From positions 5,456,001 to 5,520,000 of the forward strand of contig NW_027361792.1 of the NCBI RefSeq assembly GCF_039654945.1: a stretch of 64,000 nt of DNA, written 5' to 3'. Below the pieces are notes generated by a model. It made no database searches. It saw only the letters and a program-made list of their open reading frames with translations, and had not been told where the DNA came from. Origin of the DNA: Dendrobates tinctorius. Its lineage: Eukaryota. Of this stretch, positions 1 to 13,400 are shown piece by piece. Position numbers and translations under genes: made by a program. Each line of letters opens with the position of its first letter. The first letter of the stretch is position 1.

Positions 1-1439
1 TGAAAAATTATCATATTAAAGGCTAGAGGTCTCCCTCTCTCAGTTCTCCAGAAACTCCAAAACACTAAAAGCACCGTGTCTGGTACGAACCCCGACCTTT
101 ACAGTTATTATTATGAGCAAGTCTCAACTGGTTTCGATCAAGAGTAGACTCTTACCCATATGGTTCCCGGATGGAAATTTCAATAACCGGCACTGCAGAT
201 TTGCATGTTAATTTATGCAATGCAAAATTCAGAGCAACCCCATAGCAATTTTGCAAATAAATCTACAGCGGTTTTCTTTGCCGCTACAGAGTTTCATTTG
301 TGGAAATAACACAGTGGCTATGCCATGTAGGAACATACCCGGAATCATCCGCTCCTGACATACAAATTAAGATCACTCCCTTTTTTTTTTTTTTTTTTTT
401 TTTTTAAGGTTCGCTTGGGGTGTGGAGTTTGTTTTCCAGAAGTTTGCCACCAATTCCTCAAAAGTCACAAAAATGTGGCACAAATGTACTCCACTGCCTC
501 CATGGAGTGATTTTGTATACGCTTTAAATTTTTGCAATAAAATTTTGTGACCTTTTTGTGGGACATGTAATTTTTTGCTCTAAAAAGGCACAAAAGAGGT
601 AAGAGAGAGAAAAAAGAGCATTTTTTTATCTACACAGAATTCATAAAACCGTGTGTGCTATTTTGAAGAATTTAGGGCGTAAAACGTAAATGAACGCTAG
701 ACCAAAAAAAAAGTGACCTACTGTGTAAGAAAAAAAAAAAACAACTGATGAATCCCAAAGTCTTTCTTTTCAGACCCACAAGCTCTCTGGCTTCTTCGGT
801 GATATCTCCGAGGGTCCTCACAATCCCGCTGAATACTTCCATACTTGCCAACTGTCCTGAAATTATTAGATATAGCATACGCTACCGCTGCAGCCAATCA
901 TAGAGTTAAGCACTTGAACCCAAACAGTCTTATATATGGTAGATGTCCTTCAAATATTACAGCCACCCAAAACCAGCCGGATGGGAAATTACAGAACCGT
1001 AAAGCTAAAAATGCCCTATTTCATGCGACTGTCACCCTGTTAGGGTTCAAGATTAGGATCGATCTATATTACCTATGATCCAGAATATATGTACTCACAC
1101 AGTTTCAGTTCATAGGCTTCCTCTTCCTGAAGTGTGCCGGAGAATATGAAGGGAAGTTTATGAACTCTGGCACACCTTATTCTTGTGGACAGACGTACTT
1201 TAGGAGGAAGTTTGAGAACACAACCCAACCTACTCGAGATGTAATCACAGTGTCAGACTGAAGAACATTGGACCCACCAGAGGATTTGATTCTGAAGGCC
1301 CACCTTTCTTATCCACCCAAGAGCCCAATTTCAGTGGTAAGGTTTGCACTATGTAATCTCCTGAAGGAGAAGTGAGGGCCCACCGGAGGATTCTCTGGTA
1401 CTCTGGTGGGCCAGTCCAACCCTGCACAGTGTTCATAAA

Positions 1440-2646
1440 AAACCTACAAAAGACAAAATGAAAAAAACCCTGCAGTAATTAAATAAGTCAAAAGCAAAAG
1501 TGCATTTAAATCATACAGAGTTCTTAGTAATACTGTATTTGATCAAACATAGCATAAAAGCCGTCCCACCATCGACAAGGTGACTCTGTGGTCGGGGCGG
1601 TCCTACCCTGTCTAGTATTAAAAACCTTATCATGTGTCAAAGTTGACGTCTGTGTGAATAAGGGCAGACAAGGACCGGGTTCCAACCACTGTAAGAACTC
1701 TGTATGATTTAAATGCACTTTTGCTTTTTACTTATTTAATTATAGCAGGGTTTTTTTTCATTTTTGTCTTTTGTAGGTTTTGTATGCTTTTTGGCCATGT
1801 CATAAAAAACCTACAAAAGACAAAATGAAAAAAACCCTGCAGTAATTAAATAAGTCAAAAGCAAAAGTGCATTTAAATCACATAGAGTTCTTAGTAATAC
1901 TGTATTTGATCAAGCATAGCATAAAAGCCGTCCCACCATTGACACGGTGACTCTGTGGTCGGGGCGGTCCTACACTGTCTAGTATTAAAAACCTTATCAT
2001 GTGTCAAAGTTGACGTCTGTGTGAATAAGGGCAGACAAGGACCGGGTCCCAACCACCGGACACCAGTCAGGGGAAGCCTTTAAAAACAATTTCCAGCTCA
2101 GGAGAGGGAGGCCACACTCCAGCTTGCACAGAATGCAAAAATACAGAGAAAAAACACAAAAATTGAGCTTGGTTTGAGTTGGTGCACATGCAGCATATAA
2201 ATGCATGTTCACGTGGCCAAAAAGCACAAAAAAACTACAAAAGACAAAAATGAAAAAACCTCCTGTAATAAAATAAGTAAAAAGCAAAAGTGCATTTAAA
2301 TCATACAGAGTTCTTACAGTGGTTGGGACCCGGTCCTTGTCTGCCCTTATTCACACAGACGTCAACGTTGACACATGATAAGGTTATTAATACTAGACCG
2401 TGTAGGACCGCCCCGACCACAGAGTCACCTTGTCGATGGTGGGACGGCTTTTATGCTATGTTTGATCAAATACAGTATTACTAAGAACTCTGTATGATTT
2501 AAATGCACTTTTGCTTTTGACTTATTTAATTACAGGAGTTTTTTTCATTTTGTCTTTTGTAGGTTTTTTATGCTTTTTGGCCATGTGAACATGCATTTAT
2601 ATGCTGCATGTGAACCAACTCAAACCAAGCTCAATTTTTGTGTTTT
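1440..2646. mobile_element. Composite inverted/tandem repeat insertion flanked by a 14-bp direct repeat
   Basis: Three copies of a ~165-bp core (two in one orientation, one inverted) with palindromic AT-rich arms; ACAGTGTTCATAAA at 1426-1439 and 2647-2660. Confidence 0.6.
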
Positions 2647-4168
2647 ACAGTGTTCATAAAGAGAAGGGAAAAATTATCCCCCCCCCCATGACAACCATGA
2701 TAATAAGAATCTATCTGGAGCAATCATGAATGCCAATGTCATACTAGCGGAGGTAAAGCTCCTCTCCTAAAGTTCTATCGGTATGTGCTCTGGTTTGTCA
2801 ATTTGTGCTGTCAAAAATGCAAGTACTTACGGCGGCAGCCTAAAAACCGGTAGTGCGAACACAGTCTGATTATTTCCTTGATATTTTTAGTGATAAATTA
2901 CAATAAAAAAATAATAAAATAAAAATACAATTAGAAATAAAAATAGGAAAAAAAAAAAAAAGAGATACTGATATATATATATTTTTTTGCAGAACTGTTG
3001 AAATAAAATTAATTAAAGAAAAACTAAAGAAAAGCTTTGTAGAGACAAATGACAATAAAACCTAAAATAAATAAGTTAATTAAATAAAGACACAATTAAA
3101 AATACAAATAAAACAAGCATTAAAAAGACTACCGTACTTAAAAAGTTGCAGTGCTTGTTTCCCCCATGTGAGAAAAAAAATAATAAAAAATGCCAATACT
3201 TCTGTCCTTTTTGTCTGAATTCAAACAAGCGTAAAAAATGGTCTGTTTTGCCTCCTAAAAAAAACAACGACATATTTTTCATGTTTTACGCTACTGTTAC
3301 ATCGGTATGTCCTCTGGTTTTACTTACAAATGGAAGATATGTTTTATGTCCTAAATAAAAAAAAAAAATCAAATCAATTTATGCCATTTTTGCAATAGAT
3401 TTGTAAAAAACAAAACAGAGTCCATGTGGTCTCCATTTTTTTTTTGGGGGGGGGGTGGGGGTGGCAGGTATTGAGTTCAAAGAACGAAGCTCGCCTGCAA
3501 ATTAGGGTTAACTAGTGCATGTTTCATTAGGAATTGTGCTTTCCGGGTTGTTTCTTTCCCTGCCATTTGCCACAGAGTGAGTTAACTGAGCATCCAACAG
3601 TGAGCACCTTCTCTTTGTAACCTTTCGTTCTGCCTTCTTCTGAGCTTCTTTGAGCTGATTTATGACTACATCAAAGTTGAATGTGCAGATAAATAAAGAG
3701 CCTGTAAAAGCCAAACGGTGCAAAACTTTTAAGGAAACCCAGTCACAAAATCCTGTTTATTGCAATGCATTTCTAATATTATACTGATATGTTTCTATCA
3801 CCAGGTTGGCCCAAATTTTCACTTTTGTGCTTCAATGACCAACTTCATCCTTTCTATACACAATCAATGCAATCCAATCAATAACTAATTCCAGGCTCAT
3901 AATATGTAAACAAAAATTTAAAAAAAAAGGTATAAAATGCAATATAAATCCTATAAAAATAAATTTTACTAGCACATAATAATTAAAACAGACAAGAGAC
4001 CTTTAAATTGAGTTTATAGCTATTACCCTCTCCCATTCATGAAGACGGACACCCAAATATTTAAAGGGACAGTAACATAAGGTTAGTACCGCCATGATAC
4101 AGTGATAACAAGGACAATGGGTCTAATTAGAGCAAAATTAATTCCCTCTTATGACTACTACCCCTATT

Positions 4169-4199
<31 letters not shown>

Positions 4200-5275
4200 C
4201 CACTAATATTGGTGTATTGATCATTGATTTGTACATGTGAATGTGTGGGTAGACAAAGTGCCCTCGTACTACCATTTCAGGCTCTGGATTAGGGGTCCGT
4301 TGCAGCTGCAACTTTTGCATGCCATGCACACTTAGCAAAATTTTTTTCCAGTAATTTTTGCAGAAAAATTAGACACATAATTTGCAAATCACTAAATGAA
4401 AATATAAACTGGATGGCGCTCACTTAAATAAAAAGAAAAAGTTTTATTGTAGCAATGCAATTTTACAATAGAAATAGTGACACCTACAGACCGTTTTATG
4501 TACAACACATTAAAAACAATAATTTAGAACCTGTCCTGTTACGGTTTCATCCTCCTGTTTTCACTGGATTTTACCAGTAAAACATATTGCAAAGGGGGGC
4601 AATGAATGAAACAACATGTAAAAAGCTTTGACATCACTTCTCGATATCACAAATGGTTAAAATTGCAAAGAGCTTGTAAAACAAGCAACGCTGCAATTCA
4701 CGTTCTCAAAAATATAGGGATTTTTATTTTTATGGTTTACTGTCTTGGTTACCAGTCACTGTGGCGGTCCATCAGCGGTGGTTGATTTCCTAAGTAATGA
4801 GCACAGCACTTACAAGCTCTTTCCAATAGAGCTTGTAAGTGCTGCTGTGAAGCTGGCATCCAGCCGGCCTCGGTGCCCCTGCACTCCAGAACCAAAGCTG
4901 CCTAATCTAGCAACATCAGAGCGCTCACAGATAGGGCCAGTGGCGCCACCATGCTGCTGATCTGAACTGTCAATCATCCCGCTGTCTATTGGGGTATAAA
5001 GACATCATAAAGGGGGCTCCGAGGAGCCATAAAGGAGAGGTGTCCCCTACAAGCAGCTCCAGGACCCTTTGAACATCCATCCATCTGAATGGTCGCCATG
5101 TACAGTTCCTCCAGTGGCTGTCATAAGGGATATTCCTGGCTTTCCGCAGCAAAATCTTCCCCCATTGATGGCGCTGGGATTCCCATTTTGACATCCACTT
5201 TAAATAGGATTTTTAATTAAAGGTCTAGAATGAATCCAGGTCCCCGTCTCGTCCCCATCTTCCCATATGTTGCCC

Positions 5276-5513
5276 TCACACTTCCCCGATGTTGTCAAAT
5301 CCCATGTTACTGTAGTGGGTCTTATAAAAGCTCAAATCCGGTTGAATCGCCGGGAGACCCTTAGCCGGCTTGACCACGTTGTCATAAATGACGTCCTTGC
5401 TCGCGTGACTAATACGTCGGTAAATACTGGTGGTGTTCCACGTGGGTACAGGGGCTTGGGTGGTCTCGGGTGCGTGAGTTCTCTTCTCTCCCATGCAGCA
5501 GATACATTTATTC
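5276..5513 (-). CDS. Link-receptor gene exon 8: cytoplasmic tail and stop
   Basis: ttttattccccag acceptor; NKCICCMGEKR...SIYRRI...VIYDNV...HYSNMGFDNIGEV*; ATTAAA about 60 nt downstream (5212-5217). Confidence 0.8.
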
Positions 5514-7462
5514 CTGGGGAATAAAAATCTATATGTCATGTTCAGAATGATCAGAAAGATTCTTATCTAAGAATTCTAATGAGAAACAGCGCCAGCCTTG
5601 GGCAGAGGTTGCAGCTGGTAATGCAGCTTAGCTCGTTTTATATCATTGCAATACCAGGCAAGACCTATCCTTAGGGGTGGCGCTGTTTCATGAAAAAAAA
5701 AACCCTCCAAAATATATGAAAGTAATAAAGGAGCATGTTCTATTCCAATCCACTCTATTAACGAAAGCAAGGAGTAGCTCCGACTGCCGGATAAAGCCAT
5801 ACAGGTTTTTCATGTTACTCACCCTCTCATGAAGGCAGCGGTTAGAAGTAATACCACAAATATGAAGGCAATGATGCACCCGATGGCGATTTTCTTCCAG
5901 GCTGTAAATAACAAGAAGCAGAAGGGTGAGGAGGAGCCATCAATTTCATGGGAATGCAGATTTTTGCAGGTTTCCGGTTCCCTGATAACAGGGCTCTGAT
6001 CACATTGGATCCTTCCATTGGAGATATATGGAAAGTGTATGGCCGGCGCCACTTTATAGGCATATAATGGCATGTGTGGCCCATAGGCTCCGCTTTACAC
6101 AGGAGCAATCTGTCCCAACGTGTTAAGGGGCAGTCCCGATCCGTTGCGTCATTGCTGAGAAATCAATACTTTTATCCATATGCAAATCAGACTGCAAGTG
6201 CACGGGACGTTGATAATGCACTTGCAGTCCACGACTCCTCTTCAGTTCTCCCTGTCCAGTGTCGTTCTCATCTGCTCGATTGGCAGCTGTTGTAAATGAT
6301 ATTATCTACAAAAAAAAATCATCTGTCTCTGCAGGCAATCGAGCCGTACTGCGTTGGGCAACTGCAGAGAAGCTGTGGACTGCAAGTGCACATGAAACCG
6401 CCCAGTGCACTTGCAGTCAAGTTTACATATGGATAAAAGTAAGGATTTCTCCGCAATAAAACGACCGATCGGGACCATATAGGTGTCCTTTTAATTGACC
6501 AATACATCGCTACCTTCCGTCGACCCCTCAAATGCTCTCTTTGGATATATTCAGCATCTGCAGAAGTTTTAGAGGCTCATATGCCGACTAGACACAGCAA
6601 AGGTAGCCGACGCGTAATCTAGAAACTCAGATAGGACACATCTATCACTTGTCACCAGGGTGGAACTAAATTGCTGACTGTTTCCTGAAGAATTTTTAAA
6701 ATACTTTGTTAATACAAATAGGAAATAGAAACCTAAAATAGATCAAAAACAGCACAAAAACATCAACGGAAAATAATGAAAAAAAAAAAAACAAAAAAAA
6801 CCTTGAACATGCTGTACATGGCTGAATGATGGCGCTGGGCAGGTGGCATAGATTTAGCGCCAAGGCCAGTCCTATATATGTGGCTATGCGCTCGGCGTAA
6901 TGTTTAATGTGGAATTATATAACATACATATATAAAAGCACTAAAAATAATAACAGGAACTTACTTCGATTATCTTTTGTCACGAGGACATCAGATACTG
7001 TAAGAGAACAAAACGCATTACACGATGTTCCTTGCACGGAGTTCATGACATCTTTACCATACGGATTCCTCGCAGGCAGGAGAAACATATACTAAGGCCA
7101 TGTTCCCATGACGCCTTCACGGTTTTATCAAAAATTTCTAAAATTGATGCAAAAACTATGAATTTTTTGACCGTGATTTTGCAAAATTGCATAAAAAAAA
7201 CCTTATTCACGTGACGCTTTTTCTGCTTTACAAGATTTCTTTGACTGCGTTCTCACATTGTGATCTAAAATCACATTCACACATTTCATTTTTTTCTTGT
7301 TTTTTTTTAACCCTTGGTGCATTTTTTTTTTTTAATCTGCAGCATGTCAATTCTTTCATCATTTTTTTAATGAAGTTTTTCTCCATTGAGATCAAAGTGG
7401 GATAGTACAAAAAGAAAAAGGATCAAAATATGCATCTGCGGTTTTCTTGCCACATGTAAAAG

Positions 7463-7498
<36 letters not shown>

Positions 7499-10400
7499 CC
7501 TATGTGTGAACAGGACAAAAACAATGCATTTGTTTCAAAACTCCAGACAAAAAAATAGTGCATCCAAAAAATGCATCATGTGCACAGACCTCTAAAGGGT
7601 GTAGATTAGCCCTAGATTGAGGGATCAGTATTACAGACCTATAGGATGGCCCTGAGAATGAGGTCAATGGCTAAATACACATACATCATTTTTTGGGGGG
7701 CGAGACTGAAACCTTAAAAGGGTCAATAGGTTTAGAAAATCTATTTTCATATATTGTGAATGGTGGATCCTGTGTTATCTACTGTATATAGAGGTGTTAT
7801 CAGTCATTGTACAGGAGGAGGAGGTGAGCTGTGACATCACCTATTGTGAATGGTGGATCATGTGTTATCTACTGTATATAGAAGTGTTATCAGTCATTTT
7901 ACAGGAGGAGGAGGAGGTGAGCTGTGACATCACCTATTGTGAATGGTGGATCCTGTGTTATTAACTGTATATAGAGATGTTATCAGTGATTGTACAGGAG
8001 GGGGAGGATGTGAGCTGTGACATCACCTATTGTGAATGCTGGCTCCTGTGTTGTTATTAGCTGTATATAGAGGTGTTATCAGTCATTGTACAGGAGGAGG
8101 AGGTGAGCTGTGACATCACCTATTGTGAATAGTGGATCCTGTGTTATCTACTGTATATAGAGGTGTTATCAGTCATTGTACAGGAGGAGGAGGTGAGCTG
8201 TGATATCACCTGTTGTGAATGGTGGATCCTGTATTATCTACTGTATATAGAGATGTTATCAGTCATTGTACAGGAGGAGGAGGTGAGCTGTGACATCACC
8301 TATTGTGAATAGTGGATCCTGTATTATCTCCAGTATCTAGAGGTATTATCAGTCATTGTTCAGGAGGAGGAGGTGAGCTGTGACAACACCTATTGTGAAT
8401 AGTGGATCCTGTGTTATCTATATATACGATAGATATTATCAGGTCATTTCCCGATGATAATTCTTGTACTTATTGATTGTCTGGTGAATACTTACAGGCT
8501 GGATTATAGCAGAAGGCTGAACCTTGACTTATCGTATCATCACAGGAATTCTGTTCAAAATTCCCGCCGCTCACCTTTCCCACTCCCCAATTATACCAGG
8601 CAAGACTGCTGGAAGAAAAAGTACCAGCATGGTCACACATCGTATATCGCACGGTGTTACTATATGACACATATAACATGTAGGGATATAGAGACACATG
8701 GCAGTTTTCTAAAAACAGACAAAAGCACAGTGCCCCAGCTGTCCACAGGTTGTGTGCGGTATTGCAGCTAAGCTCCATTCACTTCAATGGAGACCAGAGA
8801 CAAACTGTGGATCGAGTCGGTGCAGTTTCTGGAAGAGAGCAGTCAAGTCTTTTCCTAATTCAAGTCAACGTGTTGCTTTTGAAAAGAATGCTTGAAAAGT
8901 TAGGGCAACAGCCAAAGTTTGTTGCATTTTTAGGATAAATCAGTTTTATTAAGACATTTGGAGACAAGATGCCAGGGTTCCGGCTTTTGTTGACAACAAG
9001 ACGTCTGGCCATACTGGTTGTCAGGTTCACAGCTGTGACTTCTACAGAACATCTATCTGAGATACATGCTGAGGGTCTCAGTAGTTCTGGCAGTTGTGAA
9101 CCAGGAGGATCAGGATGAACAGCACAGAATACCTCTCGTTCTCACACAATGGATCACATCTTACCTGCTGTTTGTTATGAGACCTTTATTCTCCTCCATC
9201 TCCTCTTTGGTGGCTATGGTGAGTCCACTGCCTGTGCAGGTTTTGTTGGCGTTTTCATAGGATGGGACAAGACTGGTAGGTATAGGAAGTATCTGAATCA
9301 TCCCTGAATGTATGGAAAGACCACATTTCATAAATGAACTGGTCCGCTGTGCTCAAACTGGTCCGCTGCGCTCAAACTGGTCTGCTGCTCTCAAACTGAT
9401 CTGTTCTTCTCAAACTGGCCTGCTGTGCTCAAACCGGTCTGCTGCTCTCAAACTGGCCCAATGCTCTCAAACTAGTCTGCTATGCTCAAAATGGTCCACT
9501 GCTCTCAAACTCGCCTGCTGCGCCCAAACTGGCCCGCTGCTCTCAAGCTAGTCTGCTGTGCTCAAAATGGTCCACTGCTCTCAAACTCGCCTGCTGCGCC
9601 CAAACTGGCCCGCTGCTCTCAAACTAGTCTGCTGTGCTCAAAATGGTCCACTGCTCTCAAACTCGCCTGCTGCGCCCAAACTGGCCCGCTGCTCTCAAAC
9701 TGGTGGGCTGTACTCAAACTGGCCCGCTGCAATCAAACTAGTCTGCTGCGCTCAAAATGGTCTGCTGCGCTCAAACTCACCTGCTGTGCTCAAACTGGCC
9801 TGCTGCGCTCAAACTGGCCTGCTGCGCTCAAACTGGCCTGCTGCGCTCAAACTGGCCTGCTGCGCTCAAACTGGTCTGCTGCGCTCAAACTGGTCTGCTG
9901 CGCTCAAACTGGTCTGCTGTGCTCAAAATGGTCCACTGCTCTCAAACTCGCCTGCTGCGCCCAAACTGGCCCGCTGCTCTCAAACTAGTCTGCTGTGCTC
10001 AAAATGGTCCACTGCTCTCAAACTCGCCTGCTGCGCCCAAACTGGCCCGCTGCTCTCAAACTGGTGGGCTGTACTCAAACTGGCCCGCTGCAATCAAACT
10101 AGTCTGCTGCGCTCAAAATGGTCTGCTGCGCTCAAACTCACCTGCTGTGCTCAAACTGGCCTGCTGCGCTCAAACTGGCCTGCTGCGCTCAAACTGGCCT
10201 GCTGCGCTCAAACTGGCCTGCTGCGCTCAAACTGGCCTGCTGCGCTCAAACTGGCCTGCTGCGCTCAAACTGGCCTGCTGCGCTCAAACTGGTCTGCTGC
10301 GCTCAAACTGGTCTGCTGCGCTCAAACTGGTCTGCTGCGCTCAAAATGGTCCACTGCTCTCAAACTCGCCTGCTGCGCCCAAACTGGCCCGCTGCTCTCA

Positions 10401-13400
10401 AACTAGTCTGCTGTGCTCAAAATGGTCCACTGCTCTCAAACTCACCTGCTGCTCTCAAACTGACCCGCTGCTCTCAAACTGGTGGGCTGTACTCAAACTG
10501 GCCCGCTGCACTCAAACTAGTCTGCTGTGCTCAAAATGGTCCACTGCTCTCAAACTGGCCTGCTGCGCTCAAACTGGCCTGCTGTGCTCAAACTGGCCTG
10601 CTGTGCTCAAACTGGCCTGCTGTGCTCAAACTGGCCTGCTGCTCTCAAACTGGTCTGCTGTGCTCAAACTGGTCTGCTGCGCTCAAACTGGTCTGCTGCG
10701 CTCAAACTGGTCTGCTGCGCTCAAACTGGTGGGCTGTACTCAAACTGGCCCGCTGCACTCAAACTAGTCTGCTGTGCTCAAAATGGTCCACTGCTCTCAA
10801 ACTGGTCTGCTGTGCTCAAACTGGCCTGCTGCGTTCAAACTGACCTGCTGCGCTCAAACTGGTCTGCTGCTCTCAAACTGGTCTGCTGTGTTCAGACTGG
10901 TCTGCTGCACTCAAACTGGTCTGCTGTACTCAAACTGGTCTGCTGCACTCAAAATGGTCTGCTGCTCTCAAACTGGCCTGCTGCTCTCAAACTGGCCTGC
11001 TGCCCTCAAACTGGCCTGCTGCTCTCAAACTGGCCTGCTGCTCTCAAACTGGCCTGCTGCTCTCAAACTGGCCTGCTGCGCTCAAACTGGCCTGCTGCGC
11101 TCAAACTGGCCTGCTGCGCTCAAACTGGCCTGCTGCGCTCAAACTGGCCTGCTGCGCTCAAACTGGTCTGCTGCGCTCAAACTGGCCTGATGCGCTCAAA
11201 CTGGCCTGATGCGCTCAAACTGGTCTGCTGCCCTCAAACTGGTCTGCTGCCCTCAAACTGGTCTGCTGCCCTCAAACTGGTCTGCTGCCCTCAAACTGGT
11301 CTGCTGCCCTCAAACTGGCCCACTGCTCTCAAACTGGTGGGCTGTACTCAAACTAGCCCGCTGCACTCAAACTGGCCTGCTGTGCTCAAAATGGTCCACT
11401 GCTCTCAAACTCGCCTGCTGCGCTCAAACTGTCCTGCTGCTCTCAAACTGGTCTGCTGTGTTCAGACTGGTCTGCTGCACTCACACTGGTCTGCTGCGCT
11501 CAAACTGGTCTGCTGCGCTCAAACTGGTCTGCTGCGCTCAAACTGGTCTGCTGCGCTCAAACTGGCCCACTGCTCTCAAACTGGTGGGCTGTGCTCAAAC
11601 TGGTCTGCTGTGCTCAAACTTGCCCGCTGCACTCAAACTGGTCTGCTGTGCTCAAACTGGCCTGCTGCGTTCAAACTGGTCTGCTGCGCTCAAACTGGTC
11701 TGCTGCGCTCAAACTGGTCTGCTGCGCTCAAACTGGTCTGCTGCGCTCAAACTGGTCTGCTGCGCTCAAACTGGCCTGCTGTGCTCAAACTGGCCTGCTG
11801 CGCTCAAACTTGCCCGCTGCGCTCAAACTGGCCTGCTGCGCTCAAACTGGCCTGCTGCGCTCAAACTGGCCTGCTGCGCTCAAACTGGCCTGCTGCGCTC
11901 AAACTGGCCTGCTGCGCTCAAACTGGCCTGATGCGCTCAAACTGGCCTGATGCGCTCAAACTGGCCTGATGCGCTCAAACTGGTCTGCTGCCCTCAAACT
12001 GGTCTGCTGCCCTCAAACTGGTCTGCTGCCCTCAAACTGGTCTGCTGCCCTCAAACTGGTCTGCTGCCCTCAAACTGGCCCACTGCTCTCAAACTGGTGG
12101 GCTGTACTCAAACTAGCCCGCTGCACTCAAACTGGCCTGCTGTGCTCAAAATGGTCCACTGCTCTCAAACTCGCCTGCTGCGCTCAAACTGTCCTGCTGC
12201 TCTCAAACTGGTCTGCTGTGTTCAGACTGGTCTGCTGCACTCACACTGGTCTGCTGCGCTCAAACTGGTCTGCTGCGCTCAAACTGGTCTGCTGCGCTCA
12301 AACTGGTCTGCTGCGCTCAAACTGGCCCACTGCTCTCAAACTGGTGGGCTGTGCTCAAACTGGTCTGCTGTGCTCAAACTTGCCCGCTGCACTCAAACTG
12401 GTCTGCTGTGCTCAAACTGGCCTGCTGCGTTCAAACTGGTCTGCTGCGCTCAAACTGGTCTGCTGCGCTCAAACTGGTCTGCTGCGCTCAAACTGGTCTG
12501 CTGCGCTCAAACTGGCCTGCTGTGCTCAGACTGGTCTGCTGCACTCAAAATGGTCTGCTGCGCTCAAACTGGTCTGCTGCGCTCAAACTGGTCTGCTGCG
12601 CTCAAACTGGTCTGCTGCACTCAAACTGGTCTGCTGTGTTCAGACTGGTCTGCTGCACTCAAACTGGTCTGCTGTACTCAAACTGGTCTGCTGTGTTCAG
12701 ACTGGTCTGCTGCACTCAAAATGGTCTGCTGCTCTCAAACTGGCCTGCTGCTCTCAAACTGGCCTGCTGCTCTCAAACTGGCCTGCTGCTCTCAAACTGG
12801 CCTGCTGCTCTCAAACTGGCCTGCTGCTCTCAAACTGGCCTGCTGCGCTCAAACTGGCCTGCTGCGCTCAAACTGGCCTGCTGCGCTCAAACTGGCCTGC
12901 TGCGCTCAAACTGGTCTGCTGCGCTCAAACTGGCCTGATGCGCTCAAACTGGTCTGCTGCCCTCTAACTGGTCTGCTGCCCTCTAACTGGTCTGCTGCCC
13001 TCTAACTGGTCTGCTGCCCTCAAACTGGTCTGCTGCCCTCAAACTGGTCTGCTGCCCTCAAACTGGTCTGCTGCCCTCAAACTGGTCTGCTGCCCTCAAA
13101 CTGGTCTGCTGCCCTCAAACTGGTCTGCTGCCCTCAAACTGGCCCGCTGCTCTCAAACTGGTGGGCTGTACTCAAACTAGCCCGCTGCACTCAAACTGGC
13201 CTGCTGTGCTCAAAATGGTCCACTGCTCTCAAACTCGCCTGCTGCGCTCAAACTGTCCTGCTGCTCTCAAACTGGTCTGCTGTGTTCAGACTGGTCTGCT
13301 GCACTCACACTGGTCTGCTGCGCTCAAACTGGTCTGCTGCGCTCAAACTGGTCTGCTGCACTCAAACTGGCCCACTGCTCTCAAACTGGTGGGCTGTGCT

